Assembly (NCBI GenBank): GCA_050950505.1 | Contig: JBMNHS010000001.1 | Location: forward strand, 224,001-288,000 | Length of the DNA stretch: 64,000 nt | Reading direction: 5' to 3' | From: Candidatus Methanomethylophilaceae archaeon | Lineage (GTDB): Archaea > Thermoplasmatota > Thermoplasmata > Methanomassiliicoccales > Methanomethylophilaceae | Shown: piece by piece, positions 20,355 to 31,190 of the stretch | Position numbering within the stretch: position 1 is the first letter of the stretch | Layout of the letters: every line of letters starts with the position of its first letter | Notes under the pieces: generated by a model | Seen by the model: the letters and a program-made list of their open reading frames with translations, nothing else | Told to the model about the DNA's origin: nothing | Databases searched by the model: none | Translations under genes and position numbers: made by a program

Positions 20355-22219
20355 ATGTCCGATAAGCTCTATATGCGTACAAAGAACATCACTCAGGAAA
20401 ATATTGAGAATATAGGTGCACTATTCCCTCATTGTATTACAGAAATAACCGCCGGGGGGGGGGGGTTAGGCACGTTATTGATTTTGAATGTTTGAAGCAG
20501 GAATTGTCGGAAGACATCGTATCGGATGTTAGGGAGAGGTATCAATTTACGTGGCCAGATAAAATCAAATCAAAAATTCTGGCAAATAGTCCCATTTCTA
20601 AAACTTTGAGACCGTGTCGAGAAGAGAGCGTGAATTTTGATGACACTAAAAATCTCTACATCGAAGGCGACAATTTGGATGCGTTAAAACTTCTTAGAGA
20701 AACTTACCTCAGTAAGATAAAGATGATTTATATAGATCCTCCATACAACACAGGAAATGATTTCGTGTATAGTGACAGGTTTACAAGTACTATAGATGAA
20801 TACAAGAAAAGAGGAAACGAATACGACGATATTGGAAACAAACTTTTCAAAAACACCGACACGAACGGCAGATTTCATACAGATTGGTTGAATATGATGT
20901 ATCCCCGGCTCAGATTGGCAAGAGACCTCTTATCTGACGACGGAGTTTTATTCGTATCAATAGACGATAATGAGGCTCATAATTTAAGAAAAATTTGCGA
21001 CGAGGTATTTGGAGAGGGAAATTTCATTGCACAAATTTGCCATAAATCTAGAGCCTCGATATCGAATGATAAAATTATATCTCAGAATCATAACATAATA
21101 ATGTTTTATGCAAAGAGTCATGAACACATCCATACGAATAGAAGATATATCGGGCTTGATCCCAACTTAGACGGGTTCGATATGGATGACAATGATGGAC
21201 AGGGACCCTATCGTCTTGTACCTGTAGATGGGCCTGGTGGGGCAACTAAAGGCAACCCTTACTATGAATTCCTGGGAATAGAAAATTTTTGGCGATTTTC
21301 AAAATCCACAATGCAGGAAAAGTATGACGAAGGGCATATAGTGAAAAGAGGAAACGGCCTATCTCAAAAATACTATCTTTCAGTCGCTAAAGAAAGGAGG
21401 CGGACTGATAATACCTGGTGGGATGATGGGGGTTTAACATCTACAGCGACTTCGAGACTGAGGAAACTTATGGGAAATAAGAGTTTTGACACTCCTAAGC
21501 CCGTAGAATTGATTAAACGAATGTTAAAGCTTGTTACATTTTTTGATAAAGATTCTACAATACTTGATTTTTTTTCCGGTTCTGCAACAACGGCCCATGC
21601 TGTTATGGAGCTGAACTCGGAAGACGGCGGTAACAGAAAATATATCATGATTCAGTTACCGGAAAAGACTGATGAAGAGTCTGATGCTTATTTGTCGGGC
21701 TATAAGAATATCTGCGAAATCGGTAAGGAGCGTATACGTCGTGCAGGGAAACTCATACTGGAAGAGAGTGAGCAACATAGATTAACCGCCAATGGTTTTT
21801 CAAAGGATTTAGATGTCGGGTTCCGAGTTTTGAAAATCGACAGTTCCAACATGAAGGACATATACTACATGCCGGACGAAACTTTCAAACACGGCCTAGA
21901 CGAACTTTTGGATAATGTCAAAGAAGATCGGACCTCCGAAGATTTACTCTTTCAAGTAATGCTGGAACTTGGTGTGGAACTGTCTTCGACCATTGAGGAA
22001 TACGTCATAGACGAAAAGAAGGTGTTTGGTGTCGACGAGGGGTATCTTATTGCATGTTTTGATGATAACGTTTCAGAAAACGTGGTTACGGAAATTGCAA
22101 AAAGAAGACCGTATTATGCGGTGATGAGGGATAATTCAATGTCTGATGACGGCGTGGCAGTCAATTTTGAGCAGATTTTCAATACATACAGTCCCGAAAC
22201 CATCAGGAGAATTCTGTAA
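20355..22219 (+). CDS. mod: Type III Mod copy 3, frameshifted at a 5' G12 tract (putatively phase-variable, OFF)
   Basis: True start ATG 20355 (MSDKLYMRTKNITQENIE, homologous to paralogs); the G12 run leads to an early TGA; G13 restores the frame and exact alignment length. Confidence 0.85.
20454..20465 (+). repeat. Poly-G tract G12 in mod3 (out of frame)
   Basis: ACC GCC (G)12 TTAGG; homologous position to the mod1 G11 tract. Confidence 0.9.
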
Positions 22220-22303
22220 TCGATGACTCAAGTAGTGCTGACTCCCTCTGAAGTATATAAAAAAAATAGGATACTTTAATACAATCTATAGAGTTGATTC
22301 CTT

Positions 22304-24262
22304 ATGTCCGATAAACTCGATATGTATACGAAAAATATCACCCAAGAAAATATTGAGAAGATTGGTGCATTATTTCCCCATTGCGTTACAGAAACAATTG
22401 ATGAGCAGGGGAGGGGCAGGCAGCTTATTGATTTTGAATGTTTGAAGCAGGAATTATCAGAATATATCGTATCGGACGTTAAGGAAAGATATCAGTTCAC
22501 ATGGCCGGATAAGACCGAATCTAAGCTTCAGTCTAACAGACCTATAAATAAAACTTTGAGGCCTTATCGAGAAGAAAGCATAGAGTTTAGCAAGACTGGG
22601 AATTTATACATAGAAGGGGACAACCTAGATGTGTTGAAACTTCTTAGAGAGGCTTACCTGGGTAAAGTGAAAATGATATATATCGACCCCCCGTACAACA
22701 CAGGCGATGATTTTCTTTACAAAGACAATTTTAAAATGAGTGTTTCTGAATATCAATCAGTAGAAAATTTGTACGATTCGGAAGGAAATATGTTATTTCG
22801 AAATGCTGATTCGAATGGACGATTTCATACAGATTGGTTAAACATGATGTACCCTCGATTGCGCATTTCGAGAGATCTGTTATCTGAAGATGGAGTTATA
22901 CTCGTAAGTATAGATGACCGTGAAGTTAGTAATGTTAGAAAAATAATGGACGAGATATTTGGAAAGCAGAACTTCATAGCTCAATTTATTTGGAAGAAGA
23001 AAGCGGGGGGCGGATCCGACTCTCGATATGTTGCAGTAGATCATGAGTATGTTTTGGTGTATGCGAAAGATGAGTCCGTACAGGATAAATGGACTATGCC
23101 CATGACTGAAGTTCAGAAATCCAGCTATAGACTTAAAGACTCCAATTATGACATATACGGTCCATATAAACTTAAGAATCTGCATCAGACCGGTATTGAT
23201 AGTAATAGGCCTAATCTGAATTACCCTATCACATGTCCAGACGGGTCTGAATTGTGGCCTCCCACAATATGGAGATGGTCCAAAGAAACTTTTGATAAAG
23301 CTCTTTCCAATGATGAGGTAGAATTTGTTCAAAATAGGAAAGGGGATTGGTCTGTGCATAGTAAGATGTACTTAAATAAAGATGGGGGTGAGTACGAAGT
23401 TAAACCACGAAGTATACTCATTGATGCAGGATACACGCGCGATGGAAAAAAGGACTTGATAGATATATTTGGGATTTCGATCTTTGATTATCCTAAGCCT
23501 GTTAAATTGATAAAATTATTTTTAGACATAATTTCGCGCAAAGATGGAGATATCGTATTAGACTTTTTTGGAGGTTCGTCCACGACTGCTCATGCGGTTA
23601 TGGAGTCTAATTACGAAAACGCCATTAATCGTAAATTTATAATGGTTCAATTGCCTGAAAATCTCGACTATATGAGTGATGTTGTCAGGGGTCATTCTAA
23701 AAAAACCATATCGGATGCCGTTAAGCTCTTAGATTCCATAGGAAAACCTCGAATCTTGACTGAAATTGGAAAGGAGCGTATCCGTCGTGTAGGCGATAAG
23801 CTATCACGTGAAGGGTATCAATGTAATCTTATTGATGATGTTAGAAAGGGCTACGATATAGGTTTTAGAGTCCTGAAGATAGACAGTTCCAACATGAAGG
23901 ACATATACTACACGCCGGACAAAACCTTCAAACACGGCCTGGACGAACTTTTGGATAATGTCAAAGAAGACCGAACTCCCGAAGATCTATTGTTCCAGGT
24001 AATGTTGGAACTTGGTGTTGATTTGTCTTCAAAAATTGAAGAACATTCCGTAGATGAAAAGAAAATCTTTAGCGTCGACGAGAATTATCTTATTGCATGT
24101 TTTGATGTAGGTGTATCGGAAAATGTTGTTACGGAAATCGCAAAGAAGAAGCCTCATTACGCCGTAATGAGAGACTATTCCATGTCCAACGATAACGTTG
24201 CAGTCAACTTTGAACAAATTTTCAAAACATACAGCCCCGAAACCATTAGAAAGGTGATTTGA
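22304..24262 (+). CDS. mod: Type III Mod copy 4 (intact)
   Basis: 652 aa; DPPY, FDYPKP, DFFGGSSTT; interrupted G-rich stretch (CAGGGGAGGGGCAGG) at the tract position; stop overlaps the res start. Confidence 0.92.
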   Translation: MSDKLDMYTKNITQENIEKIGALFPHCVTETIDEQGRGRQLIDFECLKQELSEYIVSDVKERYQFTWPDKTESKLQSNRPINKTLRPYREESIEFSKTGNLYIEGDNLDVLKLLREAYLGKVKMIYIDPPYNTGDDFLYKDNFKMSVSEYQSVENLYDSEGNMLFRNADSNGRFHTDWLNMMYPRLRISRDLLSEDGVILVSIDDREVSNVRKIMDEIFGKQNFIAQFIWKKKAGGGSDSRYVAVDHEYVLVYAKDESVQDKWTMPMTEVQKSSYRLKDSNYDIYGPYKLKNLHQTGIDSNRPNLNYPITCPDGSELWPPTIWRWSKETFDKALSNDEVEFVQNRKGDWSVHSKMYLNKDGGEYEVKPRSILIDAGYTRDGKKDLIDIFGISIFDYPKPVKLIKLFLDIISRKDGDIVLDFFGGSSTTAHAVMESNYENAINRKFIMVQLPENLDYMSDVVRGHSKKTISDAVKLLDSIGKPRILTEIGKERIRRVGDKLSREGYQCNLIDDVRKGYDIGFRVLKIDSSNMKDIYYTPDKTFKHGLDELLDNVKEDRTPEDLLFQVMLELGVDLSSKIEEHSVDEKKIFSVDENYLIACFDVGVSENVVTEIAKKKPHYAVMRDYSMSNDNVAVNFEQIFKTYSPETIRKVI

Positions 24263-27200
24263 TGGAATTCAAATTTAAAATACAGAAATTCCAAACCGAT
24301 GCCGTCAACAGTATTGTTGAAGTATTCGATGGGCAGGAATCAGAAGGAGGGCTTGTGTATAGACATGACAAAGGTACCAAAACCCAATACAGATTCGATA
24401 CTGAATCCGGTGCCTTCGATTCCGAGGGTATTGCATACGGTAACAAACCTGTGTCTTTGAGTGACGAAGAACTTCTGAAAAACATAATATCGATTCAGAA
24501 TAAAAACGGAATAGTTCCATCAAAAATATTAGATAAAACTCTCGGGAGATGCTCACTGGATGTTGATATGGAAACAGGAACGGGAAAAACATACGTTTAC
24601 ACCAAAGCCATGTTCGAACTGAACAAAAAGTACGGATGGAGCAAATTCATCATTGTTGTTCCCAGCATAGCGATAAGAGAAGGCGTAAAAAAATCATTAG
24701 AAATCACTCAAAACCACTTTATGGAACATTACGGTAAAAAAATCCGTCATTATGTTTATGATTCATCGAGACTCCACGACATAGACGATTTTTCTCAGAG
24801 GTCAGACGTATGCGCCTTAATAATCAATTCTCAGGCATTCGCGACTTCTCTGAAAAAAGACGGAAAAAGCAAAGCCAGCAGAATCATCTATTCCGAAAGA
24901 GATGATTTCGCATCTCGCCGTCCGATTGACGTGATAGCCGCAAACAATCCCATTCTTATCTTGGACGAACCTCAAAAACTCAGCGGAAAGGCCACCCAAG
25001 AGGCCCTGAAAGAAGAATTTAACGCCCTGTTTTCAATTAACTTCTCGGCAACGCACAGAGTTGTTCATAACAAAATATACGGCTTGGACGCTTTGGACGC
25101 TTTTAACAAGAAATTAGTTAAAAAAATCGAGGTCAAAGGTATTGAAGTCAGCGGAGTCACGGGTGCTGACAAATACGTTTACCTCGAAGATATAATACTC
25201 GACCCGAAGAAACCTCCGAGGGCAAAGGTCGAAATCGAATTTAAACGTAAAACCTCGGAACCCGGAAGGAAAACCATTCTTTTGGACGAGGGGGACAGCC
25301 TCTATATTCACTCAAATGAACTCGAGGCTTACAAAGGTTTGACTTTGATTGAAATTGATGCTATCAATGGAGAAATCAGACTGAGCGACGGTACCGAAAT
25401 CATCAAAGGGGAAGTCATAGGAGACATAACCGAAGATAACCTCCGGCGCATACAGATCCGCGAAGCCGTTTCATCACACTTTGAAAAAGAAAGAACCCTG
25501 TTCCCTCAGGGAATAAAATGTCTGAGTCTGTTCTTTATAGACTCCGTGGCAAAATACCGTCAATACGATGAAGACGGCGAAGAACTCCTCGGAGAATATG
25601 GCATAGTGTTCGAAGAGGAGTATAACAGATACTTAAGGGAAAATTCAGACAGATTTGACGAGAGTTATGCCAAGTATATTACTGGTATACCGGTGGAACA
25701 GACTCATAACGGATACTTCAGCATAGATAAACAGAAACGCGCAATAGACAGTACGGAAAAAAGAGAAGGCGGCTCCGATGATGTGGACGCTTACGATTTA
25801 ATAATGAAAAATAAAGAACGTCTTTTAAGTTTCAATGAAAAAACCCGATTTATCTTCTCGCATTCTGCGCTTAGGGAGGGCTGGGACAATCCCAATATAT
25901 TCCAGATTTGCGCCCTGAAGCATACGGACAGCACCACTTACCTCCGCCAGGAGGTTGGAAGAGGTTTGCGGTTATGCGTTGATCAGGAAGGGACCAGAAT
26001 GGATCTCGAAACCTGCGGAGATAATATCCACGAATTGAACACACTTACCGTTGTGGCAAGCGAAGGGTACGATACCTTCGTACAGGCGCTTCAGAAGGAT
26101 ACTTTGAACTATATTTCTGATAAACCCGTAAAGGTAACTCCGAAATATTTCATAGACAGAAAATTTTTCACGGAAGACGGGGAAGTCATCATAGACGAAG
26201 AAACTTCGACCGAGATATACTTCTACCTAGTTGAGAACAGATTCGTGGATTCCAAAGGATCCATCACAGAAACCTGCAAAGGGGTATTGACGGAAGAAGG
26301 CATTCTTCCGGACCTCCCTGAGAAATTTGCACATATTCAGACAGAACTTACGAACCTTGTGCTTGCGGCATCCGAGAACCGTGATCCCGCATCACTGTAT
26401 TCCGACGGTCGCAGACCCAAGGTCAGGAATGACAGACTCAATGATAATTTCTACAGGAAAGAATTCCAAACATTATGGAATAATATCAACAATAAGTACG
26501 TTTATTCCGTATCATTCGACAGTGACGAACTGATTGAAAAATCCGTGGCTTCGATAAACAAACATCTCAACGTTCCAAGGTCCAGCTACACGGTAAAGAA
26601 GGGCTCACAGGCGGACCAGATGACAAAAGACGATGTTTCCAAAGGAACATCATTCACCGACAGAAGCACCCGCACCGACACACTTGACAGCATCGGATCA
26701 GAGGTACCCCGGGACCTGGTCGGAGAAATCGCCAAAGGAAGTACACTTACAAGACGCACCGTGGTTAAAATTCTGAAAAACATGACGGATGAAAAATTTA
26801 ACCTGTACAAACTGAATCCCGAAATGTTTATCCAAAAAATGATAGAACTTATCAACGAACAAAAGGCCACAATCATAGTCAGTCATATCTCATACAGCAA
26901 GACGGATGGTCAATTCGACAACGATATCTTCACGGTAAGCAAACCCGAGACTGATTTTGAAAAAGCTTTCCATGCGGAGAAACACATCTTGGATTATGTA
27001 TTCACGGACGGAATCGCGGAAAAAAGCGTTGAACGGAAATTCGTTGAGAATCTGGATATTGACGAAGACGTGTGCGTTTACGCAAAATTACCGACCGCAT
27101 TCTACATACCCACACCCGTAGGGAACTATACCCCGGACTGGGCCATCGCTTTTAACGAAGGTACCGTAAAACACATCTATTTCATAGCCGAAACAAAGGG

Positions 27201-27345
27201 CTCAATGAGTTCCATGCAGCTTCGCGCAATAGAAAAAGCCAAAACCGAATGCGCCGAAAAACTGTTTGACAACATCTCCACAATCGATGTGAAATATTCG
27301 GTTGTCAGCGATTACGAAGAATTGCTCAAAATCGTAAAGGGATGA
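24262..27345 (+). CDS. res: Type III restriction endonuclease Res subunit
   Basis: METGTGKT, DEPQ, SALREGWD, QEVGRGLR, C-terminal YTPDWAI...AETKG PD-(D/E)XK motif; TGATG overlap with mod4. Confidence 0.93.
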   Translation: MEFKFKIQKFQTDAVNSIVEVFDGQESEGGLVYRHDKGTKTQYRFDTESGAFDSEGIAYGNKPVSLSDEELLKNIISIQNKNGIVPSKILDKTLGRCSLDVDMETGTGKTYVYTKAMFELNKKYGWSKFIIVVPSIAIREGVKKSLEITQNHFMEHYGKKIRHYVYDSSRLHDIDDFSQRSDVCALIINSQAFATSLKKDGKSKASRIIYSERDDFASRRPIDVIAANNPILILDEPQKLSGKATQEALKEEFNALFSINFSATHRVVHNKIYGLDALDAFNKKLVKKIEVKGIEVSGVTGADKYVYLEDIILDPKKPPRAKVEIEFKRKTSEPGRKTILLDEGDSLYIHSNELEAYKGLTLIEIDAINGEIRLSDGTEIIKGEVIGDITEDNLRRIQIREAVSSHFEKERTLFPQGIKCLSLFFIDSVAKYRQYDEDGEELLGEYGIVFEEEYNRYLRENSDRFDESYAKYITGIPVEQTHNGYFSIDKQKRAIDSTEKREGGSDDVDAYDLIMKNKERLLSFNEKTRFIFSHSALREGWDNPNIFQICALKHTDSTTYLRQEVGRGLRLCVDQEGTRMDLETCGDNIHELNTLTVVASEGYDTFVQALQKDTLNYISDKPVKVTPKYFIDRKFFTEDGEVIIDEETSTEIYFYLVENRFVDSKGSITETCKGVLTEEGILPDLPEKFAHIQTELTNLVLAASENRDPASLYSDGRRPKVRNDRLNDNFYRKEFQTLWNNINNKYVYSVSFDSDELIEKSVASINKHLNVPRSSYTVKKGSQADQMTKDDVSKGTSFTDRSTRTDTLDSIGSEVPRDLVGEIAKGSTLTRRTVVKILKNMTDEKFNLYKLNPEMFIQKMIELINEQKATIIVSHISYSKTDGQFDNDIFTVSKPETDFEKAFHAEKHILDYVFTDGIAEKSVERKFVENLDIDEDVCVYAKLPTAFYIPTPVGNYTPDWAIAFNEGTVKHIYFIAETKGSMSSMQLRAIEKAKTECAEKLFDNISTIDVKYSVVSDYEELLKIVKG

Positions 27346-27357
27346 GACGGTGAAAGG

Positions 27358-30300
27358 ATGGAGATCCTGAACAACATCGACAGGAAACTGGGGGACGACC
27401 TCAAAGAAACGATTGTCGAAGGAAGCGATGTTAGCATAGCGTGCGAACGATTCTCCATCTATGCATACCAGGCATTGATGGGTCAGCTCAATAAAATACA
27501 CTCGATCAGATTTATTTTTACTTCGCCCACTTTCATAAAAGAAGAAAACGTCAAAGAGAAAAGAGAATTCTATATTCCGAGACTTTCCAGGGAAAGAGGA
27601 ATTTACGGAACGGAATTTGAAGTTAAGCTAAGAAACGAACTGACCCAAAAAGCGTTGGCAAAACGATGCGGGGATTGGATTCGTCACAAGGCCGAATTCC
27701 AATCGAACATAACGGAAAGGTCTATGAACAATTTCCTGAACATCGATTACGGCGATTCTGGCTACTCCTATTCCGGCATCAGAGGATTTACTACTACGGA
27801 TCTGGGTTATGAAAAAGGAGATGCCCTGACCAATCTTGTAAATAAAAATACCTTCAATGAAAGCAGAATGTATCTGGATCATTTCAACTACTTGTGGAAT
27901 GACAAAGAAAACATGCAAAATGTGAAGGACGAGGTTCTGAAACGTATTTCCACGGCATACGCCGAAAATTCTCCCGAAGCCCTTTATCACGTAACTTTGT
28001 ACAATATATTCAAAAAATATCTCGATGAATTATCCTCGGACAATCTTCCGAAAGAAGAAGTCGGATTGAAAGATTCGGTCATCTGGAACAAACTGTACAC
28101 CTTCCAGAAAGATGCCGTCATGGCCGTAATCAATAAACTGGAAACGTACAACGGATGCATCCTCGCCGACAGTGTGGGTCTCGGTAAAACCTTCACCGCA
28201 TTGGGCGTAATCAAATATTACGAAAACAGAAACGACCGTGTTCTGGTCCTTTGTCCCAAAAAACTATCCGAAAACTGGAAAGTGTTCCGGGAAAACTACA
28301 GGAATAACCCAGTTGCCGAAGACCGATTCGGTTACGACGTATTGCATCATACCGACTTATTGAGGGAAAGAGGAGAATCCAACGGTATTAATCTGGCACG
28401 TATAAATTGGAGCGGATATCAACTCGTGGTTATAGACGAATCCCATTATTTCAGAAACGGAGAAACCAGTGCCATAGAAGGAACGGATAACAGATACCAA
28501 CGGCTTCTTAAGGAAGTAATCCGCAAAGGAACCAAAACCAAAGTGCTGATGCTATCGGCCACTCCGGTAAACAACCAGTTTACGGATCTCTACAATCAGC
28601 TTAGAATCGCGTACGAGGGCAACGCCGAAAAAATGGACAGAAATCTAGAAGTCAGTACGTCAATAAAAAGGATATTCTCGGATGCGCAAGGAGCCTTCAA
28701 CCGATGGAAAGAATATGACCCGGAACACCGTACCACGGACAATCTGTTGAAATTATTGGATGATGATTTCATAAACGTTTTGGACAGTTTGACAATTGCC
28801 CGCTCCCGTCGCCACATAGAGCAATATTACGGTACAAAGGACATCGGAGAATTTCCGAAACGGTTGCCGCCCAAATCACTGAGTCCCGGCATATCCGAAA
28901 CGCCCGGCACCATATCATTTTCCGAAATATACAATACACTCGAAAAATTGAACCTTCAGGTATATATGCCGACGAATTTCGTCCTTTCAAGTAAATTAAG
29001 CAAATATGTCAGTTCTGAAACCAATATAAGCCGTGCAGGAAGAGAAAAAGGAATTCGGAGTTTGATTTCGATCAACCTCTTGAAGAGATTGGAAAGCTCG
29101 ATTTATTCTTTTGAAAAGACTTTGAAAAAAGTAAGAAATTACATTATCAATACCATAGATGCTATCGAGGACCACATTAAAGGAAAAAAGACTGGCACAT
29201 TAGAATACGAAATAGACGAAGATTTGATGGATGACGAAGACAGCTTCAACGCGTTCGAACAGAACGTAGGCATAAAATTGGAAGACATGGATTATCTTTC
29301 GTGGCGTATGTACCTGGAAGAGGACCTGAATCTTTTAGACGGATTGTTGGAAGAAACCTGCAAAATTACTCCGGATGTCGATTACAAACTGAGTGTGCTG
29401 AAGGATGAAATACGCAACAAAGTTAAAAATCCCATAAACCCCGGAAACAGAAAAATCCTCATCTTCTCCGCTTTTGCGGATACTGCGACATATCTTTATG
29501 ACAATCTTGCGGATGATTTGAAGAAACACGGTTTGAACGTTGCAATGATTACAGGTTCCGCAGACGGAAGAAACACAATCAAAGGCCTGAGAAATGATTT
29601 CAATGACATCCTGACCTGTTTCTCCCCCGTGTCGAAAGATATGAATGTGTTGATGCCGGAAATGAAAGAAGAAATTGATATTCTGATAGGCACCGATTGT
29701 ATCTCGGAAGGTCAAAACCTTCAAGACTGCGACTATTGCATCAATTATGACATACACTGGAATCCCGTGAGAATTATTCAGAGATTCGGAAGAATAGACC
29801 GTATCGGGAGTAAGAACGACTGTGTCCAACTTGTGAACTTCTGGCCTGACATTGAGCTTGACGAGTACATCAATCTGAAAGAAAGAGTCGAAACCAAAAT
29901 GAAAATGACCGTGATGACTTCGACCGGGGACGATAACGTTTTAGATCCCAAGGACGAGGGGGATTTGGATTACAGAAAACAGCAATTGAAGAGGCTTCAC
30001 AACGAAATAGTGGAAGTCGAAGAAATGCAATCCGGTATATCCATCACGGATCTGGGTATTCATGAATTCAGAATCGAATTACAAAGGTACGTGGAAGAAA
30101 AAGGAGACTTGGATCTTATACCGTACGGACTTCACGCAGTCGTTCCGTCCGAGAACAGTATGCCCCCTGGAACGATATTCGTTTTGAAAAACATAAACAA
30201 GAATGTTGATATTGAGGGTAAAAATCGTCTGCATCCGTATTATCTCGTTTACATACTGGATGACGGAGATGTTTTTATTGACCATCTGTCCCCCAGAAAA

Positions 30301-30564
30301 ACATTGGAACTTATGAGACGTTCGTGCAAAAAACACACCGAACCGTTGATGGAATTGTGTGAATTGTTCAACAATGCCACGAATGACGGCAAAAACATGG
30401 CAACCGTGTCGGGAATGCTGAGTAATTGTATAAACTCCATAGTCGAAAAGAAAGAACAGGCCAACCTGGATTGTTTCCTCAAAGGCGACAATGTCAGTTT
30501 CCACGACATAAAGAAGAGCGGTCTTGATGATTTCGAACTTGTCAGTTTCCTGGTCGTGATATGA
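27358..30564 (+). CDS. SNF2-like helicase with N-terminal PLD-like domain (R-M associated)
   Basis: LADSVGLGKT, VIDESH, LSATP, SEGQNLQ, QRFGRIDR. Confidence 0.85.
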   Translation: MEILNNIDRKLGDDLKETIVEGSDVSIACERFSIYAYQALMGQLNKIHSIRFIFTSPTFIKEENVKEKREFYIPRLSRERGIYGTEFEVKLRNELTQKALAKRCGDWIRHKAEFQSNITERSMNNFLNIDYGDSGYSYSGIRGFTTTDLGYEKGDALTNLVNKNTFNESRMYLDHFNYLWNDKENMQNVKDEVLKRISTAYAENSPEALYHVTLYNIFKKYLDELSSDNLPKEEVGLKDSVIWNKLYTFQKDAVMAVINKLETYNGCILADSVGLGKTFTALGVIKYYENRNDRVLVLCPKKLSENWKVFRENYRNNPVAEDRFGYDVLHHTDLLRERGESNGINLARINWSGYQLVVIDESHYFRNGETSAIEGTDNRYQRLLKEVIRKGTKTKVLMLSATPVNNQFTDLYNQLRIAYEGNAEKMDRNLEVSTSIKRIFSDAQGAFNRWKEYDPEHRTTDNLLKLLDDDFINVLDSLTIARSRRHIEQYYGTKDIGEFPKRLPPKSLSPGISETPGTISFSEIYNTLEKLNLQVYMPTNFVLSSKLSKYVSSETNISRAGREKGIRSLISINLLKRLESSIYSFEKTLKKVRNYIINTIDAIEDHIKGKKTGTLEYEIDEDLMDDEDSFNAFEQNVGIKLEDMDYLSWRMYLEEDLNLLDGLLEETCKITPDVDYKLSVLKDEIRNKVKNPINPGNRKILIFSAFADTATYLYDNLADDLKKHGLNVAMITGSADGRNTIKGLRNDFNDILTCFSPVSKDMNVLMPEMKEEIDILIGTDCISEGQNLQDCDYCINYDIHWNPVRIIQRFGRIDRIGSKNDCVQLVNFWPDIELDEYINLKERVETKMKMTVMTSTGDDNVLDPKDEGDLDYRKQQLKRLHNEIVEVEEMQSGISITDLGIHEFRIELQRYVEEKGDLDLIPYGLHAVVPSENSMPPGTIFVLKNINKNVDIEGKNRLHPYYLVYILDDGDVFIDHLSPRKTLELMRRSCKKHTEPLMELCELFNNATNDGKNMATVSGMLSNCINSIVEKKEQANLDCFLKGDNVSFHDIKKSGLDDFELVSFLVVI

Positions 30565-31169
30565 TTCTCGGGCTCCCCAAATCCACAAAGGTGTTCAATC
30601 AATTGCCGAAAAAGCAAATTTTCGAACAGTTCAGAGTATCTCCGAAAGAACGTAAAAGATTCGATGACGATATAGGCAGACTTGCCATTGTCAACGAGAT
30701 TTCACCGAAAACCGTTAATCTTGACAAAGGAACCAAAGTCGATTCCATATTCTTCGTAAGGATTGAACTGAAAAATAAAGAATACGACCGAAAGAATCTG
30801 ATTCTGATCAGTAAACTGATCGATCAAAGCATGATTTTCATTTTGGAATGGGAAGAACAGCAAAAGATAGCGGTTTACGAAACCGAACTCATCGAAAGTG
30901 ACTGGCACAATTCCGAAGACTTCAAGTTGAAAATTGAAGGTATCAATTTGGATTCGGTTTGGAATAATTTCATAATCGGGATCGGCGGGATTGTTCTCGA
31001 AGACGACAATACGCTTATTGAGCAGATATCGCTTGATACTGAACGAGAAAAGCTGCAGGAACGGATTGATGCTTTGGATAAGCGGGTACGGAAGGAAATG
31101 CAACCGAAGAAGAAAAGAGAATTGTGGGATGAGTTAAAGAGTTTAAGAAAGGAATTGGAAGGTTTGTGA
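30561..31169 (+). CDS. DUF4391-like protein
   Basis: GLPKST...LPKKQ N-terminus, C-terminal coiled coil KEMQPKKK; typical neighbour of this helicase and Type III R-M genes. Confidence 0.75.
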   Translation: MILGLPKSTKVFNQLPKKQIFEQFRVSPKERKRFDDDIGRLAIVNEISPKTVNLDKGTKVDSIFFVRIELKNKEYDRKNLILISKLIDQSMIFILEWEEQQKIAVYETELIESDWHNSEDFKLKIEGINLDSVWNNFIIGIGGIVLEDDNTLIEQISLDTEREKLQERIDALDKRVRKEMQPKKKRELWDELKSLRKELEGL

Positions 31170-31190
31170 TACCGAAATAAATAACACTGA

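Noticed and set aside
20432-20453. ORF-track start MYYRNNRR for mod3
   Set aside because: Artefact of the G12 frameshift; the homologous start is ATG 20355.
23005-23010. G6 run in the mod4 TRD as another phase-variation tract
   Set aside because: Short, in frame (AGGG codons), and below the lengths typical of high-frequency slippage.
16414-24262. Invertible shufflon of specificity domains
   Set aside because: All cassettes are in direct orientation, and no inverted repeats or invertase were seen.
27358-31169. DISARM or BREX system
   Set aside because: A SNF2-like helicase is present, but there are no recognisable drmA/drmB/drmC or pglZ/brxC genes; the context is Type III R-M.
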